From the NCBI RefSeq assembly GCF_009914755.1, contig NC_060929.1: a DNA stretch of 64,000 bases, one strand, 5' to 3'. Both the position numbers and the translations under genes were made by a program. Below are positions 1 through 13,465 of this stretch, in pieces. Position 1 is the stretch's first letter, and each line of letters begins with the position of its first letter. The notes under the pieces are model-generated. The model searched no databases, was not told the DNA's origin, and saw only the letters and a program-made list of their open reading frames with translations. Origin of the DNA: the human T2T-CHM13v2.0 reference genome, Homo sapiens.

Positions 1-3000
1 CTAAGTAAGAATCTCTCTTGGGTATGTAGACAAAGGAGATAGGATAGACAGAATGCCTTAGAAACCAACGAAAACAAATCAAACTATGGTGCATTTATTC
101 ACTTACCTTTCTATTTCACAGTAATACAGCCTTGATTTCCAGAATTAAATTGTACGTTGTCAGTAAAAGCCCAACACTTTTTGTTGTTGTTTCAAGCTAC
201 AGTCACTTTGTTTTGGAGCTAAGTAGATACTGGGCCTCTTTCTTTCCTGACCTTTGTGATGATTTTGTAAGAAAAACATTCCACCGGCAGCCTGCCTTCA
301 CTCCACTTTTAAGCTCTTCTTAGGAAGCTCACATCTGGTAAGTGCAGATGGCTATCACTAAAGGCATAATACAAAAAAAAAAAAAAAAAAAGTAGAGACC
401 TCCTTAGGTTTCTGGCTACTCTATGTCAACAAGCTGAGTCAGTGTTTGTGATTTTATCCTAATAAGTTTTCTTTTCTGGGTACAAATCAAGCTCAGCCTC
501 CTAACCTTTTCAGAGAACTTACTCTCATTCCTCAGAAATCAATGATCAGGAGGGCATTTGGTTCTGAATGAGTATATGTCACTCTACTCTGAAGAAAACC
601 CAATGTTTACATTTTTATCTGTTGATATTTTAATTAACAATTTAAGTGCAATGTTTGCCCTGTGAGTTCAATGGGAAAAACTCTGCAAATAAACAGCAGT
701 TCCCTCTTGGACAATCACTCTGTAAATTAGCTTACTTTGTCAATAAAGTGCATGCCTATCAGACTCTTCAAAGCAGCAGGGGTAAGGATGTTCATTTACT
801 TAAGCAGTAGGTTCTACCATTAGCGTTTGTGATTGGTGTTAATTAGAACTGTGTGTGCATGTCTCCCTGCCACAGAGCCCACGTTTTCAAAATCCTAGTA
901 ACAATCAAGCTATTAATAAATTAATTACCCATATTTGTTTCTGTTTCTTTTCTAATCTAATTGAACCTTTTTGAGCAACACCATCTTGATGAACATTCGA
1001 GGACTGGTTTCCCGGAACTACAGTGGTTTAAATCGTGCTTGATGACTGTTTTTAAAAGAGCCTTCTATGACTGTTTAACCTAGTCATCAAACTTTTCAGA
1101 GTGGGTACAGTTGGGAAGCCTAAGTATTTTAGCAATTTGGAACAATTTTTTGAAGTTTTTTTTTTTTTTTTTTTTGAATTAAATGCGCTTTGATGAAGTA
1201 AATGTTTTATTTTTCCCAAACGAAGCATTCAAAGTAAACAAACTGGATTTATTGGCATTCAAGATAATTCAGAGTATTAGGAGATATCTAAGAGGATATT
1301 AAGGTTGTGTTGACAAAGTTGGGTAATTAGAGCAATTATGTAGATAATTCAGATGCTCCTGGTGGAGACTTGGGGTCCTTGATATTAGAGAGCTCAGCTA
1401 CCCCGTGGGGAAAGTATTTTCCTTAGACCTAAAATATCCAGACAGAATAGATTATTTTTAGCTCTCTCTCTTTGCCTTGGGAGATATAACCTAAATGTTT
1501 CTCAATTACCCTGAAACTGGACATCAGGCAAGCCAATGTATCTCAAAGCTATTTTCAGTAGTGCTAGCATTTAGAGTGCAGAAAGGAGTGAGACATGATT
1601 TATATATTACATTGTTGGACTATTTAATATTAACATTTAAGTGCTACTTTTTATCAGCAAGCACATGATTCTCTGGAAGAGTTGAGGAGCATCTCAATCC
1701 AGCTTGGTGCTTTGTATTGGTCTGTACCTTACAGAAGGGTTTAAAACTTACAATTCGTTATACCCCTTGAGAAATTCCCTATAGATCAAGTAGGAAACTC
1801 ATAGTTTTGTTTTTTCTATGGCTTATTTTCTGCTTTGATATCACCAGTCACCCTGAGAATTATGTACCTCTTCATTTCCTGTCTCAATCCTGTTGATTTG
1901 ACTCGTGGACACCTAAGCGTCAGCTGTAACTGTGCTTGTGGGTTCTTACACCTTGATGGGTACCTAGACCCTAAGGATGTCTTTTTAATAATTAGAAAAA
2001 CTGGAACACTTAGGAACAATTATATCTCAGTATCTTATTTTCTTAAAAATATTTATTGCATTTGGCTTTAGACAATGGAATTGGTGATTTTAATGGATTT
2101 TAGCCTGGACAGATGCTTCTTATTCTTATGTACTCCTGAATTCGTGCTCCTATGAGGATAGCATCCCTGCACAGTAACCATGTAGCATGCCACAAAGGAT
2201 TATTACGGTAGATGGAAGAATAATCACAAGATGAGAACACTTTCAATAAAGTGAAAGTGAAACTAGAAATTTCCCATAGCCACAAGTATCATGTTTATTG
2301 CTAAACTGTGTGGTCTGGCTGAAAGGGAGAAGGATTTTTCTACAAATTAATAGACATCTTTGTATTTGTGTGTTTCTTGTATGTGACAATTCTATATTGA
2401 AGCAAGTTTTGTTTTGTTTTTTCCCCCTTAATTATATTGAAGTCTGTGTTTGTAGACACGGGGAAAAAGCAGCATGTTGCCTATACCATACTACATTTCC
2501 GCCTTTTAAAATAACATCTTACGGCAAGGAAGAAATGTATCATACAGGCACAACATAAAATCTTCTTAAGTGTAGAGAAATCAAGACATTCAGTGAATTA
2601 AATTCCTAATGAAAACATTTCATGTTATGAGGAGACAACCAGATTATTTTTGTCTACGGCTGAATGCTTAGAATTTACAGACTATATCTGTATTCTTCCT
2701 TTTTTAAAAAAGAATTAAAGAGCCTTTTAAAATTAGCTAGTTATTTTATATACATGTATATAACTTAATATGAGCAATTTTCATCAACCAAGAAAACTCT
2801 CGCAACCTATGTCTGTACCTACATATGCAGCATGATTACAGCCATCAGTAATGATTATATTTGCTCACATGATATATTTACTTGTTGCTTTTTTAAAAAA
2901 ATACACTTCATAGTGTAAAGCTTTATAATTTAACTTTATAGAAGCTCTTTCTTGCAATTAACAACAGTGCTATGAAAATTAAAAGAGAAGTATTTGGATT

Positions 3001-3013
3001 ATATATGAAGTAG

Positions 3014-3335
<322 letters not shown>

Positions 3336-5519
3336 GAGTGCCTTATTCTAAATAGAATTATAGGTCCTGCTTTCTCTACTGATAAGAATTAACTGCTGCT
3401 TCATGCATTTTGACATTTTTTAGGGCCGTCAAGTCCAGACTCACAGCATCATGATTTATTTTTCTTATAAAGATCAATCCTTTTAAAAACTATACGCAAT
3501 CTTGTGGGTGGTATACTTCTGATTAAATTAAAGGAGAAGCAATTAATTAATTTATTTTTTCTTTAAAGACTTCATGGAAAGAGGGGTAGAGAAATGAAGA
3601 AAGGAGAGTGAGAGAAAGAGAGGGAAAGAGTAAAGGATGCTTATGTCCATTGAGAATAGGTGTATTTCTGTATAATATCAGAGATACGTGGGTTTTTCCT
3701 GGCCTGAGGCATGGAAAAGATAAAGCATTGATTTGGTTTTAAAGGATTTTGTAAGCAAATGTATACAAAGTGTTTATAAAGGTCCTTGGAGTATGTTGGG
3801 AAAAAATACTGTTGAATTTATAAATGCAGCCATTAACAGTAGCCAAGATTGCAAGTGTTCATGTTTATTGTGCAATGATTAATTCTGTTTTTATACTGTA
3901 TGAAACATGTTAGGGTTAGCCCCAATGGCACTGCAGGGTCTAAGGGCTGCTAATATTTGGAAATATTATTGCGTGTTCCTTCACCACAGTAAAGCTACAT
4001 CTGACTCGCGTGAACTTTGGAATATGGAAGAATCTAACTTCATCTTTTAACTTGGCACTATGCAAATATTTATTTTCTTAATTAAAAAAATAAATACTTA
4101 AAAAATTGAAACACATACTGCCGGTGCCTTGTTCATAGTCCCCCCAAAACAAACCATTCTGGAGCATGCCTACTGGATTTGCAGCTGCCAGCACTGGAGA
4201 TTCTTGGACTGAGAGATCTCTCTGTAGTCTGCAGTCCACCTCCGCCTGTGCATACAGCAGACTGGAATCCCCCATGGGATTATTTTCCAGCTGCCCACAA
4301 TGGCTGTTTGTGAATGTACATTTTACTGGATTCCTTCTTTCTTGTCTTACTTCCTTACTTCTCTATCAAGGTTTCTTGAGATTACATCACTTTAAACTAC
4401 ATAAAAATTTTTATTTTAGGGTATGCTTCTAGAAAAACACAAGTTGCATGTATTTTTTGAATTGGTTATCTATTCATGTGGTTAAAAAAAAATCAATAGG
4501 GAAGAATATAAACTGAAAAGTAATTCTTTACTACCCTTGTCCCAAGCAGTAGAACACTTAGGTAAGAACAAAGCGAGAGGAGTCCTTGCCTTGTTCCACG
4601 TTTTAGATTTAGAGGGTCTTGCAGGTCTCAAACACACAGAGATGTGAGTTTATTAAAAAGACAAACTGCTTCTATTCTCAGAAGAGCGTCAACTCACAGG
4701 GCTGCTCATCATCCTTGATATCACAATTCAAGCCCTAGGGAGGTGCTCCTTCATGTCTCTTGTCTGTTGTCTTGAAATGAAAGACAACTGTGTTCACAGG
4801 CTCTAAAAGTTCATGAGTTGTGTCACAGCTGACATTGAAGACAGACACTGCTTCAGAGTATAGAGAGGTTTTGATCAGGGAAGCACTTAAATAACAGAAA
4901 AAGACAAATTAATTAACTCATCAAGTACTTTGTCTGAGGTAGCATAGAGGTAATAGTTTCCTGAATGATCCATCTCTTGTTCCCCTCCTGCTCTAATTTG
5001 TGTTCCTGGGGTGTTTATGAATTAGCATGGGGCTCACTGTAGTTGCACATGAAAACTGAAGAACTTTTGCAATCACTAACAATTGAGATTCTTCTTAAAT
5101 TTGGATATATTGCACAAATCTTTACAAATATATTTGAAGTATGATGAAGTATGATGTCAGTTTTTTACATTAACCACTAGAAAGATAAGTGTTAGAAATA
5201 TGTTTTTTTATAAAATTACTTTAAAATAGTGAATTAAATTTCAAAAAAGTAAATAAAGCATTTTAGTTTATTTGAATAGTTTGGTTACAAATTGAAGTAT
5301 TTTAAATTTTAATTTATATCTGGTGTTTTAATTTTAATAAATATTTTAGAATAAAATAATTTTGAAAATACACAGAATGTTTTCATTTTTGTTCACTTTT
5401 AAATTTTATAGTTTTAATAAAAATTATTTTCAAATTTCATAAATGTTGAATTCATTTACTTTTTATATAACTGAGACTATGTACAAGTCAAGACTGTAAT
5501 AGAAATAAAAAATAGACAA

Positions 5520-8190
5520 GCTCAGAAAAGGAAAAAAGCAGACAATGAAAAAGAAATAGCAAATCTTCAAAGAGGTGGTTTACTTAAATTTTTAAAAGTA
5601 TAAAAGAGTGAAAGCAAGTGGACTTCTATCATATATGACCCAAGAATTCACGTAAAAGATATTACACATTCTTTGTTTAACGAATATTAAATATTGCTCA
5701 AAACAAGGAAGATGAGCAAGGAAATGATTCCTGTCAATTCTACTATGAACAGTTCAGATAAATATCTGCATCTTCTTATGCTCTACTAAGTAAAGACATA
5801 AATGCTTATAAATACAATGAGAATGGAAAAGAAATATTCATATCAAGTTTACAATTCAGAAGCAACAATAGCATCATCATTCTGTTTGTTAACAGCTAAA
5901 GAAGATTGGATTCACAAAATCATTTGTGATGGTTAATACTAAGTGTCAACTTTATTGTACTGAAGGATGCAAAGTATTGTTTCTGGGTGTGTCTGTGAGG
6001 GTGTTGCTAAAGGAGATTAACATTTGAGCCAGTGGACCGGGAAAGGCAGACCTTCCCTCAGTCTGGGTGGGCACCATCTAATCAGCTGCCAGTGCAACCA
6101 GAATAAAAGCAAGCAGAAGAATGCAGAAAGATTAGACTGGTGTAGGCTTCTGGCCTACTTCTCTCTCCCATGCTGGATGCTTCCGGACCTCGAACATCAG
6201 ATTCCTAGTTCTTCAGCTTTGGGACTCAGACTTGCTTCCTTGATCCTCAGCTGGCAGATGGCCTATTGTGGGACCTCCTCTTGTGATTGTGTGAGTCAAT
6301 ACTCCTTAATAAACTCCCCTTTATACATACATCTATCCTATTAGTTCTGTCCCTCCAGAGAACCCTGACTAATACAATTATCAAATTGAATAAGAAGTAT
6401 GAGACAAACTGGAGTTAAATTACACCTCTTCAATGATGGTTCTAGAACACAGCCACCAGTAGTTCTGAAAGTGCAGGAATGTTTCCTGGTACAAACAAAA
6501 TCTGATTCAAATTTGTAAGTACAACTCCTATTAGTTAGACATGATATAACAGTTAAGTAATTTTAAAGCAAAATTATTTCTAATGGATAAAGAAACTTTT
6601 AGAAGTTAGCTTTTATGTTCTAATTTCAAAGACAAAACACATAGGTATTACCATTGTATGTACCAATCTTCAAGATCAACTTGGGCCAAAAACCATATTT
6701 GTGACTAGAAACATTTAGTTTCTCAATTAACATAATACAGAAATATCACCTGCACGTACATACACATATATCATATACAATTATTGGAACTGAAGAAAAA
6801 ATGCTCTATAAGTAGCAAATGACTAACAGTATTTAGCAAAGACAGGTAAAACTTTGTCGGATACAAAACATTGACGTGGTTCTTAAAATACTAGTACATG
6901 TCTAATATTTAGCTAAGCATAAGGATGCTTCCCACAAAATAGACAACAATGGAAATAATGTAAAATTGTTGGCTTAAAAAAGAAATATTTTAGAAATATG
7001 ATGCAAGAATGACCAACATATGACAGATAAAAAGTATAAAATAATTACCTAGAAGAGTAAAATCAAAATTAGAATAATAATGTAATGGATATTAAAGTGA
7101 GATAAGAAGTCATACAAAACTTTTAAAAATAAAAAGTAAATATTACTTGCAGAGATTTTATTATCATGAAGAAAAGTCATGTTGAACACCTAGTATTCAT
7201 TGTAGTTGTATATTATCTACTGAAAGAATGAAACAGAATAGTACAAATTAATGATTATTTCTCTAGGTTTAAGCCTGTTCATTTAAAGAAGTATAGGTTT
7301 TGACTTAAGTGAAAATCTAGAAAGATGCCTTTTAATTTTTGAGATTGATTTAAAATATTGACTAATGCATGCCTTTGATAAGGGGAAGAAAACATGGTTA
7401 GTAAAGAAAAAGACATGTAAGCTAGATTTTGACTGAAAATTTAAAACCATTCTTTGTGTTTATGTGTGGCACATAGATTGCATTGGTTACTAGGAAACAT
7501 GGCATTAACTGTGAATAGTTTCTGAAGCAATTCAAAGAGTAAATATGGCATTTTCTAGATCTTCTCTAAAGTGGAATATGGTGATGAGACACATATCAAA
7601 ATTTAGCCTTACTAAAACTCCTGAACAATTGGGAAAGAGAACTAAAGTCTGTCAAAGCAACAAGAATTAGATCAGGCAGGATATGAAATGCACTAAAGGT
7701 ATTAGGTGAAACAACAGAAATCTTCTTAAAGAGTAGAGCAGGACCTTTGGTGAAAAAGTGAAATCATTTTGGAATTAGAACTTCCACACGTTTTGATGAT
7801 TATGAATAATGCTAACAAAAGCTTTACAAAGAATGCTAAATAGATCTACGTTTGGCGGTATCACTTTTTAAGACAGTTTTATTTTTTTTTAATAAAAACT
7901 GTTTTTACAAACCAAAAGAAACTCTGAAATAGACGACATAAGTGATATCTCAATAAAACATAAGAACATTTTAACAAGAAAGTAAAAATACTTGCATAAC
8001 TTTGAAGGAGAAGATTCAAATAAAACAATACAAATTTCTATAGAAATGATTTTCTTGTCGTAGATCAATGTGAAATCTCCATTGAAGATTTGAAAAACAT
8101 TAAATAATGTATGCAGTTTTCCATTTTCCTTATAATATACCAGCACTGATGAATTCTAAAGAAAATGCTAGAAATACTGTATGGATCTAG
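5520..8190 (+). mobile_element. Fossil hAT-superfamily DNA transposon (Tip100/Zaphod-like) transposase remnant
   Basis: Manual translation gives colinear decayed motifs: AQKRKK...QRGGLLKF (5520-5603), RS*LLCSNFKDK (6601-6636), YLAKH...NNGN (6906-6956), SHVEHLVFIV (7175-7204), AFDKG/ENMVSK...ARF (7371-7429), CVAHRL (7463-7480), IQRVNMAFSRSSLKW (7530-7574), WERELKSVKATR (7630-7665). Many stops and frameshifts. Boundaries approximate. Confidence 0.8.
5925..6376 (+). mobile_element. MLT2A (HERV-L) solo LTR
   Basis: Begins TGTGATGGTTAATACTAAGTGTCAAC, ends GAACCCTGACTAATACA, has an internal AATAAA and is ~450 bp. Matches recalled MLT2A1/A2 consensus. Confidence 0.9.
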
Positions 8191-8192
8191 AT

Positions 8193-8403
8193 CAAAGGTC
8201 AGTAAACTATGGCTCTCGGGCTAAAGACAACTTGCTGCCTCATTTCGTAAACAAAATTTTAGTGCAATACAACTATGGCCAAACATATAGGTATTGTCCA
8301 TGATTGCTTTTATACTTCAATGGCAGAGTTGTATAGTTGCCACAGAAACCAAATGTCCTGCAAAGCTATTTACTATTTGGGCTTTTACAGAAAAAGTGCC
8401 CTT
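8193..8403 (+). mobile_element. MER58A-like non-autonomous hAT-Charlie element
   Basis: caaaggtcagtaaactatggc ... ggcagagttg ... tttactatttgggcttttacagaaaaag resembles recalled MER58A. About 210 bp. Confidence 0.8.
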
Positions 8404-8610
8404 AAGTGCTTAGATAGTGCTTTAAGATACAGTAAAAAATGCTGTATAAACAACAATTAACATAATAAAAGAAAGTTTGTGTCAATAGAACACAGAGTCT
8501 GAAAAAAATCTGGACCATAAAAATATAATTAGGGAATTTGGTAAATGAAAATATAAAAAATTGGCTAGAATAAGTGTATAAAAATCTATGTCATTATGTT
8601 TTAATCATGA

Positions 8611-10789
8611 TGTCATGGGATTCTTGGGGTGTCGTTTTTCCAGCTGGAAGCCTCTGTGGCCGGTGGCACTTTGGACTGAGTTTTGCTCATGCCTGCTGGG
8701 CTCATTCTGTCCACCAGGCCTGGCAGGCTGCCCTTGGCTCATGCTACCAGCCTGGATCCCACGCTGAAGTGGCTACATTGTCTGGGTTATATACCCTGGA
8801 GTTCATCGTCATGCACCAGGAATATTTAGGACGCAGACACACATGAGGAGTTTCGGAGCAGAGGCTTAATAGGCAGAAGAGAAGAGAAAGAGAAACAGCT
8901 CTTTACATAGAGAAGGGGGTCTCTGAGTGGAAAGGACCGGCTGGTGGCAAATGCCCTGGACTTTATAGCCCAGTTTGAGGAGGTGGTGTCTGATTTACAT
9001 AGGGCTCACAGATTGGTTCAATCGTGTTACACAGTATGCGAGGAAAGCTGGTCGCCCCACCCTAATCTTATTATGGAATTTTCCAAGTTGATTGATGCCA
9101 TCCTGTCTGTTCCTTACTGCACATGTGGCTGACAAAGAGAAGGGAAGATGGAGCTGCCATCTTGAACATGATTGGCACAACTGCCATTATCTATGTCTGC
9201 AGCTCAATTTTACAGGATGCTCTTTGTTAGAAAGGAAAATAATCTGGAGCTGCTTTTCATTAAAAAGAAAAGCCATACTGAAAACTCCCATAGCCTTGCT
9301 ATCTGCCTAAGTCATTTCTTTTTAACTCCTATATCGATGCCTGCCAAGGGTAAGCCAGGCACAGAGCAGTGAGGGGTGCATGAACAAGAGAGCACATGGT
9401 CTGGCCTCTGTGCACAGCCAGCCATGCCAGCTGCTGTGGCAGGCAGGCAGCTCCAGGTGCCAGCACAGGTGCTGGCTCCATGTAAACCCGTGGCTGGATC
9501 AGATGCACTGTAAGTGGCTTCCACTGTGGGCACCTGCCTCTGGACAAGGGGAATGCAGTGGCATCCAGAAGCTTGGAGACACTAGAAACCACAGAGCCTC
9601 AAGGAGGGTGTCATAGCCCTGGCTCAGGGAGCCCCTAAGTCTGGGCCTAAGCCCCTAAGTCTGGGCCCCGGAAGGACCGCAGCTCTTCTCTCCTTCTTGT
9701 TACCCGCAACACGACAAGTGGAGGATGCATGTTTCAACCCTGTTTGTGTGACAGCTCTTTCAGTCCCACCATTTAGTGAGTCCTGAGTTCTTGTCCCACA
9801 TCCAGGAAGAATGAGGTATGCAGACAAGTGGAGGGTGAGCAAGGCAAGGAGGTGCTTTATTGAGTGACAGTACAGCTCTCAGGAGACTGCAAGTGGGTAG
9901 CTCCTAACCGCAGGCAGGTCATCCCATTGAGTTTGCAGCCCTCAGCAGAGAAGAGACCTGGAGTGGATAGCTCCTATCCACAGGCAGGTTGTTCCAACAT
10001 CTCCATGAGTCTGGCTAAGTCTGGGGTTTTTATGGGCTTCAGAAGGGAGGAAGTGCATGCTGATTAGTCCATGGTCGGCCATAGGTGGGTCCAGAAAAAG
10101 CACCATAAGTTCTCACTCCAGGCCATGGACTCCACCAGGAACTGACAGCCCAGCCCCCATGTTTCAGGCCATCCCTGGCTGGAACGTGCGGTTTCACTGG
10201 GGACCAGCCCCTTTCTGCCCAGGAGCCTATCTGCCTCCTGCCACCATCTATGTGTCATCCATGGTGCCCAGACTGTTTGTGCCAAGGGGTGCCTTCAGGC
10301 CCACAATGAGCCAATGAGCCACCCTCAGCACCCCCTTGGCCTCCCTTCTATGCTTGTTGGCACCCAAAGTCCAGATTGGGCCGAGGTGGCAGGGGGCTGG
10401 CATGTCAGCACCACCCTGAGTGCGCATACATCCGGCTGGGTTGTGACAGCACCGGGCCTCCGCCACAACTTTGTTCTGAAATCGGAGCAGGTGCTGGGAA
10501 CAGGGAGAGGCCAGGCAGCAGGAGCTGGCACTTCCAAACCTGTGGGAGTCAAGGGGGCTTCCTGGGTCCCCGAAGCGCAAGGATGCCCAGGTCCACAGCC
10601 ACAGCTGGGTAGCTGCAGCTGCGCCCAGGAGGACGGGGCTCCTGCCCTGCCAACCAGGAAGGGGGGGTGGGGCTCTCCACTGTTCTTGGCTCCCGCCAGC
10701 TCTGTGGAGCACGCAGCCCCTGCAATCCCTTCCCCGCTGCAGCCTGCCTCTTCACAGTAGCTTCTCCAGATGGGCTGCTGTTGCTATCA
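8611..10789 (-). mobile_element. MER52 family ERV1 LTR, interrupted by a second LTR
   Basis: Left end tgtcatgggattcttggggtgtcgtttttc, right end ttgctatca, GC-rich body typical of MER52. Internal short duplication gcccctaagtctgggcc x2 at ~9631-9667. Confidence 0.85.
8765..9336 (-). mobile_element. LTR9/MER61-type ERV1 solo LTR nested in MER52
   Basis: Minus strand starts (C)GATATAGGAGTTAAAAAGAAATGACTTAGGCAGATAG and ends CCCAGACAATGTAGCCACTTCA. 4-bp TSD ACGC (8761-8764) / ATGC (9337-9340). MER52 sequence resumes on both sides. Subfamily uncertain. Confidence 0.75.
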
Positions 10790-11111
10790 GTTATTATTGT
10801 TGTTGTTTATTAAAATTAACTTATGTTAAATATATGGTATCTATTTTGTTACTAATTTGTATTTGCTTTATTTTAATTATTTTATTTTATAATAATTTTA
10901 TGTAATACATATATAATGTAAAGAATTTTATGTAATCAATATATAATAACTTTATGTATTAAATATATAATGATTATGTCTTTATTACTCGTCTCAACAT
11001 TGTTGACTCTTCAACAAAACCACAAGAAATGTATCATTAATAAAATTGAGTCATCTTTGTTATTTTGTCGACTTTTAGAAATATAACCATAGTTTTGCAC
11101 ATATTTTTCTG

Positions 11112-12266
11112 TTTTAAAATTTTAATTTTTAATTTCAATTTTTAATTTTATTTTTTATTATACTTTAAGTTCTAGGATACATGTGCACAGCATGTAGGTT
11201 TGTTACATATGTATACACGTGCCATGTTGGTTTGCTGCCCTGGTTAACTCGTCATTTACATTAGGTATATCTCCTAATGCTATCCCTCCTCCTTCCCCCA
11301 ACCCCACGACAGGCTCCAGTGTGTGACGTTCCCCACCCTGTGTCCAGGTGTTCTCATTGTTCAATTCCCACCTATGAGTGAGAACATGCGGTGTTTGGTT
11401 TTCTGTCCTTGCGGTGGTTTGCTCAAAATGATGATTTCCAGCTTCATCCATGTCCCTACAAAGGACAGGAACTCATCCTTTTTTATGGCTGCGTAGTATT
11501 CCATGGTGTATATGTGCCACATTTTCTTAATCCAGTCTATCATTGATGGACATTTGGGTTGGTTCCAAGTCTTTGTTATTGTGAATAGTGCCACAATAAA
11601 CATACGTGTGCATATGTCTTTATAGCAGCATGCTTTAGAATCCGTTGGGTATATACCCAGTAATGGGATGGCTGGGTCAAATGGTATTTCCGGTTCTAGA
11701 TCCTTGAGGAATCGCCACACTGTCTTCCACAATGGTTGAACTAGTTTGCAGTCCCACCAACAGTGTAAAAGTGTTCCTATTTCTCCACATCCTCTCCAGC
11801 ACCTGTTGTTTCCTGACTTTTTAATGATCAGCATTCTAACTGGTGTGAGATGGTCTCTCATTGTGGTTTTGATTTGCATTTCTCTGATGGCTAGTGATGA
11901 TGAGCGTTTTTTCATGTGTCTTTTGGCTGCATAAATGTCTTCTTTTGAGAAGTATCTGTTCATATCCTTTTCCCATTTTTGATGGGGTTGTTTGATTTTT
12001 TCTTGTCAATTTGTTTAAGTTCTTTGTAGATTCTGGATAGTAGCCCTTTGTCAGATGGGTAGGTTGTAAAAATTTTCTCCCATTCTATAGGTTACCTGTT
12101 CACTCTGATGGTAGTTTCTTTTGCTGTGCAGAAGCTCTTTAGTTTAATTAGATCCCATTTGTCAATTGTGGCTTTTGTTGCCATTGCTTTTGGTGTTTTA
12201 GTCATGAAGTCCTTGCCCATGCCTATGTCCGGAATGGTATTGCCTAGGTTTTCTTCTAGGGTTTTT
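11112..12266 (-). mobile_element. L1PA (about PA4-PA7) 3' fragment: ORF2 C-terminus, 3'UTR, degraded A-tail
   Basis: ORF 11361-11963 encodes the L1 ORF2p C-terminal region (HMKKRSSSL...[12 protein letters not shown]...FSLIGGN). 3'UTR has the older GAG-type state, not ACA. Possible degenerate TSD atatttttct (11101) / atattttgct (12267). Confidence 0.95.
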
Positions 12267-13083
12267 ATATTTTGCTACTGTAACGATATAGTTGTCATAG
12301 CAGAGAATAGACTATTTAACAGTTTTATTAGCTTGGTTTATGACTTTTAAACATTTAACCAGTTAATATACAGCCTCTATTTGTACTTTTAACCCAGAGC
12401 CTTCAAATATTAGAGCTGGGCTTATCCCCCCTGTCTCCCAGATCTCCTCCCCAAAGTTCACTTCTGCCACTGTTTTCTGGGTCATCCTTGCAAACATAGG
12501 TATACATAAACAAGTATGTGAAGTGTTTACTCTTCTAGGCTGCCATCAGTATCATCTAGAGAGAATCATAGTACCTGTCTCACCTTCTTCCCTGCTGAGG
12601 ATGTCAGAACCTCAGATAATAATGCCAGTGGAAGCTGCAAATGCTACTGATATAGGTTCCTAAATTGCATTCAAATGTAGCCTACTAAGTAAATTAAATT
12701 CTCTTCCGGCCTCCATAGTATTTATCTATATCTTCATTTTTGTCAGAATTGTTTCTGTGTCTTTTCTTTTTATAAATCATATAGTTTTAAGGGGTGATGG
12801 GTATTTCTTTTGAGCAGGATAATGGGTGTGTGTGTGTGCATGAATCTGTATGTAGAAGCTGTGAGAGGAATGAGTTGGTTTGCACAACTATTGAAGAGTT
12901 GTGAGACTTGAGAAACAGTGAGAGTAAACAGATCAGAGAAAACAACCACCAGAGGGCCTTATGCCTGGAGAAATGGCAGAGAAAACCTTACTGGCCTTAC
13001 CTTCAGTGTGCCCCCACCCCATGGGAAAGAGGAGGTTAGGATTGCATCATACCTGGTGGAAGTTTTTGTATCTTTAAGAGTAA

Positions 13084-13465
<382 letters not shown>

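Noticed and set aside
373-391. Orphan poly(A)/poly(T) tracts (also 1156-1175, 17669-17681, 37368-37387) as retrocopy tails
   Set aside because: No adjacent mRNA-like body, poly(A) signal or TSD was found.
9300-10760. Cluster of overlapping 65-154 aa ORFs in GC-rich DNA, resembling a gene or CpG island
   Set aside because: It lies wholly inside the MER52 LTR. GC-richness explains the scarcity of stops, and there is no recognisable domain.
13069-13077. Target flank TCTTT|AA matches the mRNA 3' end TCTTT|AAAA
   Set aside because: Only 5 nt, expected from L1 endonuclease preference, and that flank is not the priming strand. Probably coincidence.
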